A DNA stretch of 51,664 nucleotides, the filler included, from Jimgerdemannia flammicorona (Eukaryota): NCBI GenBank assembly GCA_003990765.1. It is 2 parts of 2 records of this genome, joined end to end, with 100 filler letters (N's around TTAATTAATTAA, not from the genome) between each part and the next. Parts side by side here need not be neighbours in the genome. Positions count along the whole stretch, not along the records: positions 1 to 25,789 come from RBNJ01000796.1; positions 25,890 to 51,664 come from RBNJ01000797.1. One strand, 5' to 3'. A program made the position numbers and the translations under genes. The notes beneath the pieces were generated by a model. The model searched no databases. It saw only the letters and a program-made list of their open reading frames with translations, and was not told the origin of the DNA. Within the stretch, counting starts at the first letter, position 1. Every line of letters starts with the position of its first letter. Positions 22,062 to 34,260 of this stretch are shown here, one piece after another.

Positions 22062-25000
22062 ATGAACAGTACAACTAGGATATTCTCATTAAACATTAAT
22101 GGGTTATGGGGGGTGGCTAGGAGGAAGTATATATTTGGATGGCTTAAGGGACTGGATGTGGACCTCTTCTTATTGCAGGATGTTCATTATGAGGCAGATG
22201 TGGACTTACAGGATTAGACTAAGGAATGGGGGGGCATGGCTATATGGAGGGGGAAAGTATGTATTCTCATTTGGAAAGGGATGGGGGACATTGAGGACAT
22301 TGGACATTGGGGGTCTCGGGTGGTGTGGGGAATGTGGACGAGGCCTGGATGGGGCTCATTGACAGTTGGGTCTTGTTACTGCCCAGTGGAGAGAGGGGTG
22401 AGGGTGGATTTAATTCACAGATTGAAAGAGGCTGGTGTATTGGGAGAAGATGGGTTGGACTATATGGGGGGTGACTTCAACATGATACAGGATAAGGAGA
22501 AGGATAGAACAGATGGCAGGAGAGATATGTGGGGTGAAAGTGGTGAGTTGGATGACTGGTTGGAGACAGAGAGGTTGTGTTCTTTGGTGGACTCAGGAAG
22601 ACATTTTTGGGCAGATCAGCAGGTGTACACCCACTGGGTGGTGGGGCTGGACTCCAGGATTGACTGGGTTCTGACAGCAGAATGTTGGGGAGCAGATGTC
22701 TGGTCGGTACTGGAAGTAGTATGGTGTCCATGGTCTGATCACTGGGGGCTGCTTGGAGGGGGGAGGTTTGGGGGAAATGAGGATGGGCCTGGACATTGGT
22801 GGCTAAATTCTTCCTTGTTGGAGGATAGGGTATTGTGGGAGGGTTGTGAAATAGAGGTGGTTGGTAACATCAGTAGGTGGTAGGAACAAGGCCTGGGGAT
22901 TGTGGACTGCTGGAGAAGACTGAAGGTGAATGCTCAGGGGTATTGGAGGGAAGCAGGGAAAGAAAAGTGTGCCCAGCAAAGATGGAGGGTGCTATGGGCC
23001 TCGCAGCATCTGGCAGCACTTATGGAGAGATAGACAGATGTACTGGAGGATGGGGACATGACAGACTGGCATATTGTGAGAATCCGGCAGGAGGTTGAGG
23101 AGTTTAAAGGAGTGTTACGAAGAGAGGAGGAGGTGAAGTTGCAGGGAATGGTGGCCCACCTGCAGTGGCAGGGGCTTGAGGAGGGGGAGAGGCCTACTAG
23201 GTTTTTGTCACAGTTGTTACAGGCATGACAAACAAAGCAGTAGTGGGAGGGAGTTCTGGACGTGAATGGCAAGCTGGTGGTGAGGTCTCTGGCAATTCTG
23301 GGTCTATTGAGAACCTGGTGGGAGAATCTATAGAGTGAGGAGGAAGGAGGAATGGACACTATGGACATTGAAAGGCAGCTAGGGGATTGGCACCCAGACC
23401 CTGTGATGGGACAGGGATCCAGTGAGTGGAGAGGAAATTGGCAGAGTTGTGGCCTTGACGAGTAAGGGGACAGCCCTGGGAGAGGATGGACTTCCCTGGG
23501 ATTTTTGGCAGAAGATGGCTGGGGTGGGCATGGTGCTAGAGGAAATGACTGCTATGTATGATGGAGTTCTTCAGTCTGGTGCCTGGATTGGGGGACAGCA
23601 CTTAGGGCTAGTCTCCTTGCTCTACAAGAATAAGGGGAGGCGAGAGGACTGGAAGAACTGGTGGCCAATTATGCTTCTCAACATAGACCGCAAACTGGTA
23701 ACAAAGGTCTTGGTAATGAGGCTGCAAGGAATCGGTCAGCAGGTGCTTGGTGTGGAGCAGCATGGGTTTGTTGGTGGTTAGTTGATTCAAGATGGGACAG
23801 CTTGGGTTCATGGAGTGATTGAAGGTGCTTAGGTGACAGGGGTGGATGGCAGATTGGTATTTCTGGACCAGGAGAAGGCTTATGATAGAGTGTGGAGGAT
23901 ATGGCTGGAGGGGGTGCTGAAACGGATTGGTATCCCCCCAGAGTTCTGAGGATCATTGATCAGCCTCTTGGAGGACAGTCAGGCAGTATTGGTCATTAAT
24001 GGCCATAGAGGGGTGACCTTTCCCCTGGGATGTGGGGTACCATAAGGTGACCCCTTGTCACCCATATTGTATGCTCTTTCCCTGGAGCCTCTACTGGACA
24101 GAATTTGGCATCGAATTGGGGGTTTGGATATTTTAGGGATTAATTGGAAGGTGGGGGCCTTTGCTGATGATATGGTGGTCAGGCTGGGCTCCTTGGTAGA
24201 TGTGGGGGAGTTGCAGAGGTCTGTGGAATGGTATGAGAGGGGTTCTGGTACTAAACTGAACTGGCACAAATACGAGACTCTGGTGCTGGGTGCTGGAATT
24301 GTTGGTGGTGATGTCATTGGGACAGTGGTACCAGCTGGTGAACCAGTGCACTATTTGGGGATCTACTTCTTGGTGTTCAGATCTCTTCTTCCCCAGGCAT
24401 GGTGGAACCGTAAACTTCTAGAGTGGGGAAATGTTCTGCTGCAATGGGGAGGCCAGCATATATCCCTAGCTGGAAGGGTGATGGTGCTGAATGTGTATTG
24501 GATGCCGAAGCTGTAATATGTGGGGTATCATTTGGATTTCCTACCCTGGGTGGTCAAGGGGCTGTTGAAGATAGTGAGGTCATGGATCTGAGGAGGGCGG
24601 TGAAGCCAGGTTGATTGGGAGGTGCTCACACTGCTCTTAGAAAGAGGTGGGCTGGACTTAGTGGACTTTACTAAGCAGCTTCTATGTCTGAGAGCCTGGT
24701 GGTTGCATAGGGCGAGTGAGCTTCAGGGATGAGAGTGGGTACCACTCATGCAGAGGTTGTGGGAGGTTTGGTACTCCCCATGTGGTGACACAGGTGACCT
24801 ACTCATGATGGTGGCCATGGAGGGGAGTAAGAGAATGTGGTTTACAGGCTTCTGGTGGGGGGTGGTGGATGGCGCTAAGAAGATTGGACTTTGGTGGCGA
24901 AGTGATGAAGCTGAGGAGGATTGGGGACCTTGGATGTGGCAGTGGGACAGGCTGCTACTGGGGGGTGTTCCGGTGGAGAGCTTTCAGCTTGGTGAGGGTC

Positions 25001-25725
25001 TGGAGTGCCTGCAAGGTCTAGGTAGAGACCTATGGCCAGAAGCCTGACAGAGGGTTGGAATTGGTGAGGAGTGGGATTGGAATAGACTATGGCTTTGGAG
25101 CAAAAGGGTAAGGCAGTGGCTGCCCCCCAAGTTCTGGGTGATATGGTGGCATGTCCTCCAGTGGAATATGATGTTGAACTATCAGTCTGGGCACTTGGTG
25201 GCCGGTGGAGTATTCAAGTGCAAGGATTGTTTCAATGTTGGTCAGGAGGGAGGAGTGGTACAAATGCCTGAACATTGGCTTGGTGAGTGTGAGGTTTTGG
25301 AGGAGTTTTAGAGATATATTATGAACTGGGTAGGGCTCAGTGCCTTGGAGGGGGAGGGAGGGGGGAGATGGGGAGAGCTCTGCCAGTGATTGGTAGGTAG
25401 AGTTGGGGACGAATGGCTGACCCTTGGTTGGACTTTGGCCATGTAGGTTGGGTTGGCTGGGCATTGGGTTCATGTCTTTGAGGAAGGGCATTGGGTAGGG
25501 GTTGGGGACAAGGTGGCACGTTGGGAATGGTTGCTTTTGGATGTTTTGAATAGCTGGTGGCAAGGTTGGGGGATGGGTGGGGGGAATTGCAGGGGTTTGG
25601 TGCAGTGTATCTCCCAGAAAAGTGGTGGGAGGATTCGGGTAGTGGGTAATTGGGTGGTGCTTGGGCAGGGGGAGGTCGAGGAGGGAGGATTGGGCCCACA
25701 GGGCATTGGTTGAGGGTGGGAGTGA
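22062..25725 (+). pseudogene. LINE ORF2 (APE endonuclease, reverse transcriptase, zinc knuckle)
   Basis: SLNING, LLQD, YCP, GGDFN, RIDW, SDH (APE); GEDGLP, PIMLLNID, QHGF, LDQEKAYDRV, GVP*GDPLSP, FADD (RT); CKDC...EHWLGEC. Confidence 0.93.
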
Positions 25726-25789
25726 CATTGTATTGTTAGAACTATAGACTTCAGTAATAAAGGGCAGTCTAAGAGACTATAAAAAAAAA

Positions 25790-25889
25790 NNNNNNNNNNN
25801 NNNNNNNNNNNNNNNNNNNNNNNNNNNNNNNNNTTAATTAATTAANNNNNNNNNNNNNNNNNNNNNNNNNNNNNNNNNNNNNNNNNNNN
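25790..25889. other. Artificial contig spacer (44 N + TTAATTAATTAA + 44 N)
   Basis: Exactly 100 bp, symmetric, with a six-frame stop linker. Both flanks end in homopolymers. Confidence 0.97.
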
Positions 25890-27079
25890 TTTTTTTTTTT
25901 TTTTTTTTAATGGACTCAATGTCCTGCAGATTTTTATTGGGAGGGAACCTAGACTATATAGGCCAAAACCCTCCCTCACCACACATCAAGCACTGCCTTC
26001 CCAGTAACTTAGGCTAACTATTACCCAGCAGTTCAACCATACTAGTGCAGCAGGGCCTATGGCAGCCTGTATCTCATTCTGTGCACCATGCTCTCCCTAC
26101 CACTAGGGAAAATCCAGCCATACACCAACAACTAAAAGCACATGCTCAAGAACCCAATGTATGTATGTACAAGGCCACACCTAAGCTGAATAGAATAGCC
26201 TCTGCCATCTCAAAGAGAATGACAGGTAAAGAAAAAACCCTCATCAAAGCACAACATAGTGAGTAGGGCCTGGTTCTCCCAGTTGAGGTGAGTAAAGAAC
26301 TTACATATAAGGTGGGAGGAGACCCCCAATACTTCACTACTCAAGCCTGTAGGTCTCAATCATATTGCTATATCAGCTTCCAGTTCTAGTTGAGTACAGT
26401 TAAGACACCTGAAACGGATAGCCTCAGGCCCCCTGACTCCCCCTGATGACCGAGGCCCAACCCACTGAATCACCAAAAGAAGCCAAGAGTGACACCTACC
26501 ACCTAACTATACTGAACTAATCAAAAGGTCCCACTGAAGTAGTATCTGCCTCAGCCCTGATGACCGCCCCTAGCCTGACACCCTACTGGTTCACCATTAA
26601 TGCCCTTTCTCCTATCTGTGACAACCATCTCTCCTCCCATCCTGACAACATCTAAAAAGCAGTTATCTATGCCAGAACTGTGTTCACCAGGAAGCTCGCT
26701 AAAGCCAGAGGGCCCCACTACAGGTACTGAGAACTTGCAGGTAACCTACACTAAACACTTGATACCCAAGGTTGGCCAACTCCCTATGTAGCCTGAGATA
26801 TACTGAGACAACACCTTGTTAGTGATGGCAAAAAGAAAAAGATGTTGCACTAAAATAAATATACTCCAGATGCAGCCAAAGGCACCAAAATCTACAAAAA
26901 AGTGGAGAAGACACCAATCTGACACTGATAAAGGGGCAACTCATCACCATTACCTCTCTCTCACTGCCCTGCAATAGGTACAGCAAACCAACCCAAGATA
27001 GAGAGGATAATAATTGGGGAAAGTGGACTCAGAAGATTGCCTATCAAACCATTATGACTAGTAAGGTAGCAAAGAAAGG
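25890..27079 (-). mobile_element. About 1.2-kb non-autonomous retroposon, copy 1 (poly(A) tail)
   Basis: Colinear with 46675-47890. The minus strand ends AATAAA...GGACattgaGTCC-att-(A)n. No recognisable RT coding. Confidence 0.8.
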
Positions 27080-27495
27080 TTGCTCTAAATTCTATTTTAC
27101 TATCTGAATCTTATTCTGATTCTGACTTCTATCTCTAAGCTCAATATATCTAGTTTATTATCTAAGTTCAGATTAATCAAGTTTTCTCAATATATTTCTT
27201 ATCCAAATTCTCTTTTATAAACTTCTTACTATTCTTTATTTGAATTTTGTCTCAGGTCTAACTGTATTCTCTAATTAAGTAACTATCAACTAAATTCTGA
27301 TATAAGTAACCTACTATATATATTATTAATTTCCAATATATAAATAGTATTATTACTCTAAAGCTAAGATCTCATTATACTAATAGCAAATTTGCAATTA
27401 TATCTAGTAAATTCTATAATATATTGATTACTTTTACCTTCTTATCAATTGATACTTACTGATCATTATAGTCAGAAATTTATCACTATTAATAT

Positions 27496-28999
27496 TATAA
27501 GAGGGTTGCTTTTTAGAGTAACTATTACGTAGTTCTGAAAGGGTTTTCTGGAAGTTCTGGATATTCTGGAAGACCATTTTCTTAGGGTCAAGATCAATTT
27601 CATATAGAGTATATTCTCTATGCTTATTGATTTCAAGATCGGGTTGACATCTTAACCAAAGTCCTTGTTCAGACTAGTTCTGGATGTTCAGGATTTTTCA
27701 TATTTCAGAAAGTTTAAGAAACTAAGACCAGCTTAGTTGAATTGGCATATTGCTGCAGACAATACTCAATTAGGAAATTTCGTGACAGGGTTAGGAGTGG
27801 GACCTAATGGGGAGCAGATTTACTTAAGAGTGGTTTATGGGTTATTAAATAGGTTTATTTGCTATTCATGATATTGCTATATTAAGAGTAGTTGTGTGAA
27901 GGGATATTGTGGAGAATTGCTCAGGAGTTGTGTTCAGATTGTTCAAGTATTCAAGTCTGAGATTCTGAGGTCTGGGGGAGGGGATATTTATACTAGTGAG
28001 GGGCTATCTGGACTATACTGAATATGGATGTAGCACTAAGTACCTTGCTGAGTCAGAATGCAGTCACATAGTACAAGAGAGATCTAACATATATATCAAG
28101 AGATCGTCTGACTACTGAGTCAGTTCACAGTCATATCATACAAGGCTAATCTAACTATACTATGACTGCTAGGCTATTTATAAGTTTAGATGCTGTCTGG
28201 TTAGTCTTTGATGACATCACTATTGATGACATCATCACTGGCAAAGTCTGAACAGTTTTCTAACTTCTGATATTATCAGTTTCAAGATGTCGTCACTTCT
28301 ATCTCTTGCAAGATTAAGACTGTCTTTGGTGGCAGTAGTTGTACAAGGATAACAGGTCTTGGTTCTCTTTTTTTTTGGTCTACTGGCGCATTTGCAAGGA
28401 CTGGCCATTCTCGTCTAGGACAAGGGCTCCCAATGTCGCAGCTGGGGGTTCAAACCTCTTGAAAATGATATTTTCTGTAATCCGAGGCAATTTCTAGTAA
28501 TAATATCTGTCATGTGAATGGCTTGAGATTGGTTTTGACATTGTCAGCTTTCTTGAGTTCAGATGAAGCATCTGTCACTCTCCAACAGAGGCAATACAGA
28601 TAGAGCAAATGGAGTTGTTCAAATGTATTTTGCTTCTACTAAGTAATGAGGTCTTGTATAGTCACAGTATATCTTGGTCTTGAGTTGATAAGTATAGTTT
28701 GTAAACCTTTTGGTAGATGAGATAGGGTTCTTCTTATCTCAATTTGAGTTTGGTACTTTGGTTTCCTTTTGTAATAGTATGGTACACCAAACTAGTTATA
28801 GCAGTTCAGAGTCAGTCTTATGGTTATAGTACTTCTTCTAGTATTCTTGTATCTTGGCAGTGAGTTCTCATGCTTGCTGGCATATTTTGTGTAACCAGAT
28901 GATCTCTTCAGTAACTTGTTTTGTAGTCTCACATGTGGTTTCCAAATTAGTTCTGAGGATACCATGTGATTTTGGTGGCTTGGAGGTTGTGTGCTTACA
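27496..28999 (-). repeat. 3' LTR of element B (1504 bp, mosaic U3)
   Basis: TGTAAG...CTTATA termini. 27496-28236 matches 11428-12155 and about 28930-28999 matches the start of the solo LTR. The middle differs. Confidence 0.9.
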
Positions 29000-29959
29000 A
29001 CTCTCCCCTTCTTAGCTTTTGATGTCCTCGTTGGGGTCTTCTAATTTGTTCTGATGTTGTTGTACCATTTGGATGGTTCTTGTGGCTGTATTTGTTGAGG
29101 ATTTGTTCAACTTTGTATTCTTCTTGGTCATTAATAATGATAGGTACAGGTGGTTCTATGGTTCAGTTCAGAAATGTGTCTCAGACTTTCTGGAGTAGTG
29201 GTCTGACATGGCTGTTGACTTTGGAAAAATCTTCTTCAAAGTTCTCAGGTTCTCCTTTGGATAGACAAATGGAGATAGCAAAGAGAGGGTATTTCTTAGC
29301 TAATCTCTTGAGTTATAGTTTGTTGATATGAGTGATCTTTAGTCCAGGGTCACTAGAGTTGAGTGGGTCCTTTTTGCCTTATAGTTTGAAGTTGTGGCAT
29401 CCTTTCTTAATGGTCAGGGAATGGTTTACCCAATCAATCATGGGGTTCTCTTTTTTTAACCATGGAGTCCCAAGAATGATTTTATTGTCAGGAAGTGGTA
29501 CAATTTGGAGGGTAATATGTACTCAGTAGTCACTAATTTGGAAGGGTAGATTGTGGACTTCTTTACTAATAATATGTGAGGTTCCATCAGCTGTAGCAAC
29601 TGCTTGAGTTTGTTGTACCGGAGAGGTGAAGACCTTAAGTCTGTTGGCTGTCTCTTCACTGATGAAGTTGTCTGAGGCACCACTGTCTATCATAATCTTG
29701 ACAGATGCTCAGTTGACAAAAGTCTTAAGTGTGAGCAGTTTGTCTGATCCAATGGTGGTGATTTCAGTTGTACATAGAAGCTTTCCTTCTGTTGGTTCTT
29801 CTTTGAGCCAGTTCGTTGATACAAGAGAAGTAATCATCAATCATTTGGAATGAGTACATTCCAATGCCATGAGGACATTGGCCACTTGGTACATATCTGT
29901 CTTTGATTTTCTTATAGAATTATTCTTCTTTATTCATGGTAGGTTGGGCTGGGGCCTTG

Positions 29960-30375
29960 TTTGATGAGCCAAATCCTTTGGATCCTTGGATTGTAGGTAG
30001 TAGTTCAGGGACTTCCTTGACTGTCAGGGTTGATTCAATTTTTTCAAATAGGATCTGGGTGATGCAGAAACCAATAGGGATCTTAAAGGGTGTCCAACTA
30101 TAGTTTTGGAAAGAATAATAATTTCACCTATGTAATCTTCATCAATAACTCCTCCTTCTACTGAGAGTTCTTTCAGTACTAGGCTGCTACGATAGCATAT
30201 TCTTCCAACATATCCTTCAGGAATTTGGATACTGATTCCTGTGTAGACTTACTTGACTTCTCGGTTGGAGACTGTAGCTTCTTCAGCTGCATACAGGTCA
30301 TATCCAGCTGCTTTTTGACTTCCTTTAGTTGGGGCCTTGGCAGTTTGTCTTAACTTGACAAAGTCCAGTATTCTG
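29960..30375 (-). pseudogene. dut: dUTPase domain of element B, between the Gag zinc knuckle and protease
   Basis: AAGYDLYA, YRSSL, GGVIDEDYIGEI, CITQ, QGSKGFGSS. One stop and one frameshift. Confidence 0.92.
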
Positions 30376-33328
30376 GTGGTCAGGTTGTTGAGGTGGTGCA
30401 GAGTGGTAACAGTTGCTTGTATTGCTGTTCAGGGTTTTCAGTTAGGGCAGGCACTGGCCATGTGTCCTGTCTTTCAGTAATAGAAGCATGCTCCACTTCT
30501 TCGAAGTTCATTCCTTTTGCCTTCAGTAAGTTTCTTGAAGATACTTGGCTGGGTGAGTTCATGATTTCTGGGTATCCAAGAGGTGGATGTGGAGGGAGCT
30601 CAAGACACTTTATGCTTGGGTTCTTCTTTCTTAGTTCAAGTCTTTTCCTTGTTGTTGAATTGCCTTTGGGGCAGAATTGGTCCAGCTGTTAGAATTCACT
30701 TGACCATAGTCTTGATTCTTGCTAGGCACCATTGTTGGTGATCACAACCCACTGAGCGGTCTTATTCTTGGATTTTTCTAGTAAGCCATTCAGGCAGTGC
30801 ATCGAATAAATGGTCTGCTCTTGTACCATTTTATGCTTCATCATTGGCAATATATCCTAGGCCAACAGTGTTCAGGAGTGACTCAAGTTTTGTATAGAAG
30901 GTTTCGAATTCTTCTTTACCATATATATCAAATTTGAGGTTGTGAAGTTTTACTCGGGATTCAGCAATTATAGTTTTGCTGCAGTATTGAGCAATTATAA
31001 GTTGTTTGAGTCTAGGGGCTGCAGGATGGGCTCCATATCCTGGGGCATTGTTTGCTGCATTCTGAGCAACTACTGCAGGTCGGGTATCCCATGTGAGGGG
31101 TTTTTCAGGAAGAGTTCACTACCATTCTTTGGCAGGTCCTCAGAAGAATGTAACAACTCAGTGGACATAGGCTGTAGTGGTAGCAAAGAGTTGTTCCAGA
31201 GTGTGATCTTGATTGTTTGTCAGAATGTAGTCAGCAACTCACTCATTGGTCCATTGATTGGCTTCAAAGTTGGTGTCAACTACACTAATGAAGCTTTGGA
31301 CTTCTTGTATAGTACCATTGAAGGTAGGTAGGCTCAGATTTTTGGTAGGTCAGGTCTGTTCAGCTAAGGTAGTAATGGTTGCTGCCATTATGGCTACCTG
31401 GGCTGTGAGGTCTAGAATCTGTTGGTTCACCATATTGTTTACTGAAGGCAGTTGGAATACTGGTAGTGGTGTTACTGGTACTACTTGAGGTACTGGTGCA
31501 GAGTGTGATGGGGTTCTTTGAGTTTATGTAAGTTGCTAGAGTAATAGTTGTAGGTCTGGAGTAAGGGCTTGATAGATAGCTGTTTGTTGCTGTGTAGGTG
31601 TATTCTGTCCTGATAGAGGTGTTTCTCCTTCAGTGGTGTATCTGGGATCGAATTCACTGAGATACTCCTCCTCTTCTTCAGTTTGGTTCTTGTGTAATTG
31701 GGTTTGTTCAGTATCAAAGTAGATGGAATCAGTTGTATATCTGATTTCAGATGGACTTAATTCAAAGTCAAGTTCTGGTTTGGTATTGGTTTCGGATTCA
31801 GATAGGGCTATAGTAGGGTCTACTTCAGGTTTGGAGTCAGATAGTTGATGAAGGGTTTCTCTTGCTTCTTCCTTAAGAATATGGCAGGCCTTACTATTCT
31901 AAAATCGGTAGTATAGTGTGGTCTTGGTCCTAGTATGGTGAAAGTTGGTAGAGTTGAGCCACTTGGCTATAGAGGCTTAGGCTTCATGTAGAACTAAGGC
32001 TAGAAAGACTGCTGCTAGTTGTCCTAGGTCACTCGGATTTGTAGAGCTGACAAAACTCTTATTGAGAAGAGTAAAGAAGGCTTCAATAAGACCTTCTTTG
32101 TCTTGACTTGCTGGATATAATGCAAGGAGTTCAGTGAATAGGGTTTCATCTATTTGCTGGTTTAATCAGAGTACTTCTTTCTTTGAATGAAGTTTGTCTC
32201 ACTTGTTGCAGGTGTGGAGGTCAAATTGTCCTTGTACATCAGGTTCAATTCTCTTCAGATTGTCAGATAGTTCAGGATAAATTCCAATTCAGAGGTTGGG
32301 CTTTATACCAACTTGTAGGAATTCTCAGAAGGGTTTGTAGCAGAGTAAGGAAGTGTCTTGAAGTGGAATTGGATTATAAACTGCTACTACCAAGTTATAA
32401 GAGAGTTGCTTTTTAGAGTAACTGTTATGTAGTTCTGGAAGGGTTTTCTGGAAGTTATGGATATTCTGGAAGACCGTTTTCTTAGGGTCAAGATCAATTT
32501 CATATAGAGTACATCCTCTATGCTTATTGATTTCAAGATCAGGTTGATGTCTCAACCAAAGTCTTTGTTCGGACTAGTTCTGGATGTTCAGGATTTTCCG
32601 TATTTCAGGAAGTTCAAGAAACTAAGACTTATCTTTCTATTCAGAGTCTTTTTTTTTCTTATATTTTATAGTTCTGTCTGATAATACAAATTAATTCTGG
32701 TCAGTTTCTTTTTAGTTCAGTTATCTTTTACTCTTTTTGTAATTATATCTTAATTATAGTATATTTTTATATATTTTTTTCTAGTTTTTTTTTATCTTTT
32801 CTTAAATATTTTACAATATTCTAGCTTTTTCTGAATACTTAAAAATTCTCTCTTAATATTAAAACTTTATTAGAATATTTTATCTTTTTTTGATATTAAA
32901 TATCTTATCTTAGCTAGTTATAAATCTTTTAAAATATTATAAAATCTTATTTATTATCTTTACTAAGAACTACTTTCTTAGTTTTTCTTTTCATTTTCAA
33001 GATCCTTTTAGATTTTCTTTTAGAGCTTATATAAATATTCTTTTTTTTTTACTTAAATAAAGCTTAGAATATTTTTTTTTAGAAATTCTTTAAAATTACT
33101 TAAACTTATAAATATCTCTTTAAGCTATTTTAGATCTATCAGAACTTTCAGATTTAGTTATTTCTCTTAAAGAAACTAAAATTATTATACTTCTAATCTT
33201 ATTATAATTTCATAAGTTTCATTATATATATAGCTTGGTCTTTTCTCAAAGTATATAGTATATATATATTATCTTTAATATTTCACTTTCTTCAATATAT
33301 ATCTCTAATATTAGTAGTTATATATATA

Positions 33329-33413
33329 TCTTATTCTATAATATAATATAGCCAAATTTGGCTGTAAAAATTTTTTAAATTTTTAAATTTTTTTTTGACT
33401 TGATATTTATTAT

Positions 33414-33502
<89 letters not shown>

Positions 33503-33630
33503 AAAAAATTAAAAAAAAAAAAAAAAAAAAAGTTTGTAATTTAATTTTTTTTAATTTTCTTTTGATTTTTATAATATTTTTATAGAAGTTTTTTTTTGTA
33601 GCCAAATTTGGCTACATTGCAGAGTAAGGG
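33329..33630. mobile_element. MITE-like element with TIRs of about 35 bp and a poly(A) core, in a (TA)n tract
   Basis: Right TIR (reverse complement) CCCTTACTCTGCAATGTAGCCAAATTTGGCTACAAAAA matches the left TCTTATTCTATAAT..ATAGCCAAATTTGGCTGTAAAAA, differing by transitions and a short indel. Confidence 0.75.
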
Positions 33631-34098
33631 ATATATATATTATAAATCTTCTAAAAAGTCTCAACTTAGGCCTCTTCTCTAATTTCTCAGAACTTATCAA
33701 TTTTTAGCTCAAAACTTGATAAAATTTTATAAAAGTAGTATTAAATAAAAGCTAAATTTATCTTTAATAGAGTATATCTTAAAAACTGTTAAATATATTA
33801 CTTTTTACAAAAAATATACTAGTAGCTTAACTCTCTCTAAATAGTTCAAGCAAAAGAAGTCTATTGATTAAAGATAATAGTAAAGATAAGTAATATAAAG
33901 AGTATAATTAAAATAGAGATCAAGAATAATATTATAGAGAAATAATTCTGACAAAAATACAATATTCTTATTAGTAGAAAGGAGAATATTACAGTTTGAC
34001 ATAGATTTGACTTTGATAACTATAGAAATATCATATAATATATATAGCTAATTACTAAAATTTAATATAACTAGCTTTTTCAATATAGACAATTAAAT

Positions 34099-34260
34099 CT
34101 TTTTTTATTTTATTTTTTATTTTATTTTTTTTATAGTCACAAGGACTTCCACTTTATTACCAAACCATCTATGAAATACTAATACAGATGAACCCCCCAC
34201 TCGGAATCTCCCTCCTCCCCTCAACAATTAAATCATTCTTATATAATTACTATATTTATT
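34099..34260 (-). mobile_element. Short LINE 3' fragment with A-rich tail
   Basis: The minus strand reads GTAATAAA-gtgga-AGTCcttgtGACT-ATA followed by an (A)n/(AAAAT)n tail. Confidence 0.65.

Larger units (their letters stand above)
20037..25789 (+). mobile_element. L1/Tx1-like non-LTR retrotransposon, near full length, decayed
   Basis: ORF1, then ORF2 with APE endonuclease, RT and a C-terminal CCHC; AATAAA at 25756 and poly(A) at 25781-25789. G-rich sense strand. The 5' boundary is approximate. Confidence 0.93.
27496..32628 (-). mobile_element. Ty3/Gypsy element B, non-autonomous derivative (gag-ZnK-dUTPase-protease-chromodomain remnant; no RT, RH or IN core)
   Basis: 3' LTR at 27496-28999 with PPT AAGAAGGGGAGAGT (about 29000-29013). 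Truncated 5' LTR at 32396-32628. PBS TGGTAGTAGCAG (iMet-like, about 32381-32392). Gag LSLPTFNG, knuckle CFY..TGHMASAC, protease IMIDSGASDNF. Confidence 0.9.

Noticed and set aside
25790..25889. TTAATTAATTAA palindrome inside an N run as a biological motif; tail-to-tail arrangement of the flanking retroposons
   Set aside because: It is an artificial six-frame-stop linker joining contigs, so adjacency across it is not evidence.
33375..33605. Poly-Phe ORF
   Set aside because: It is a translation of the poly(A) core of the MITE.
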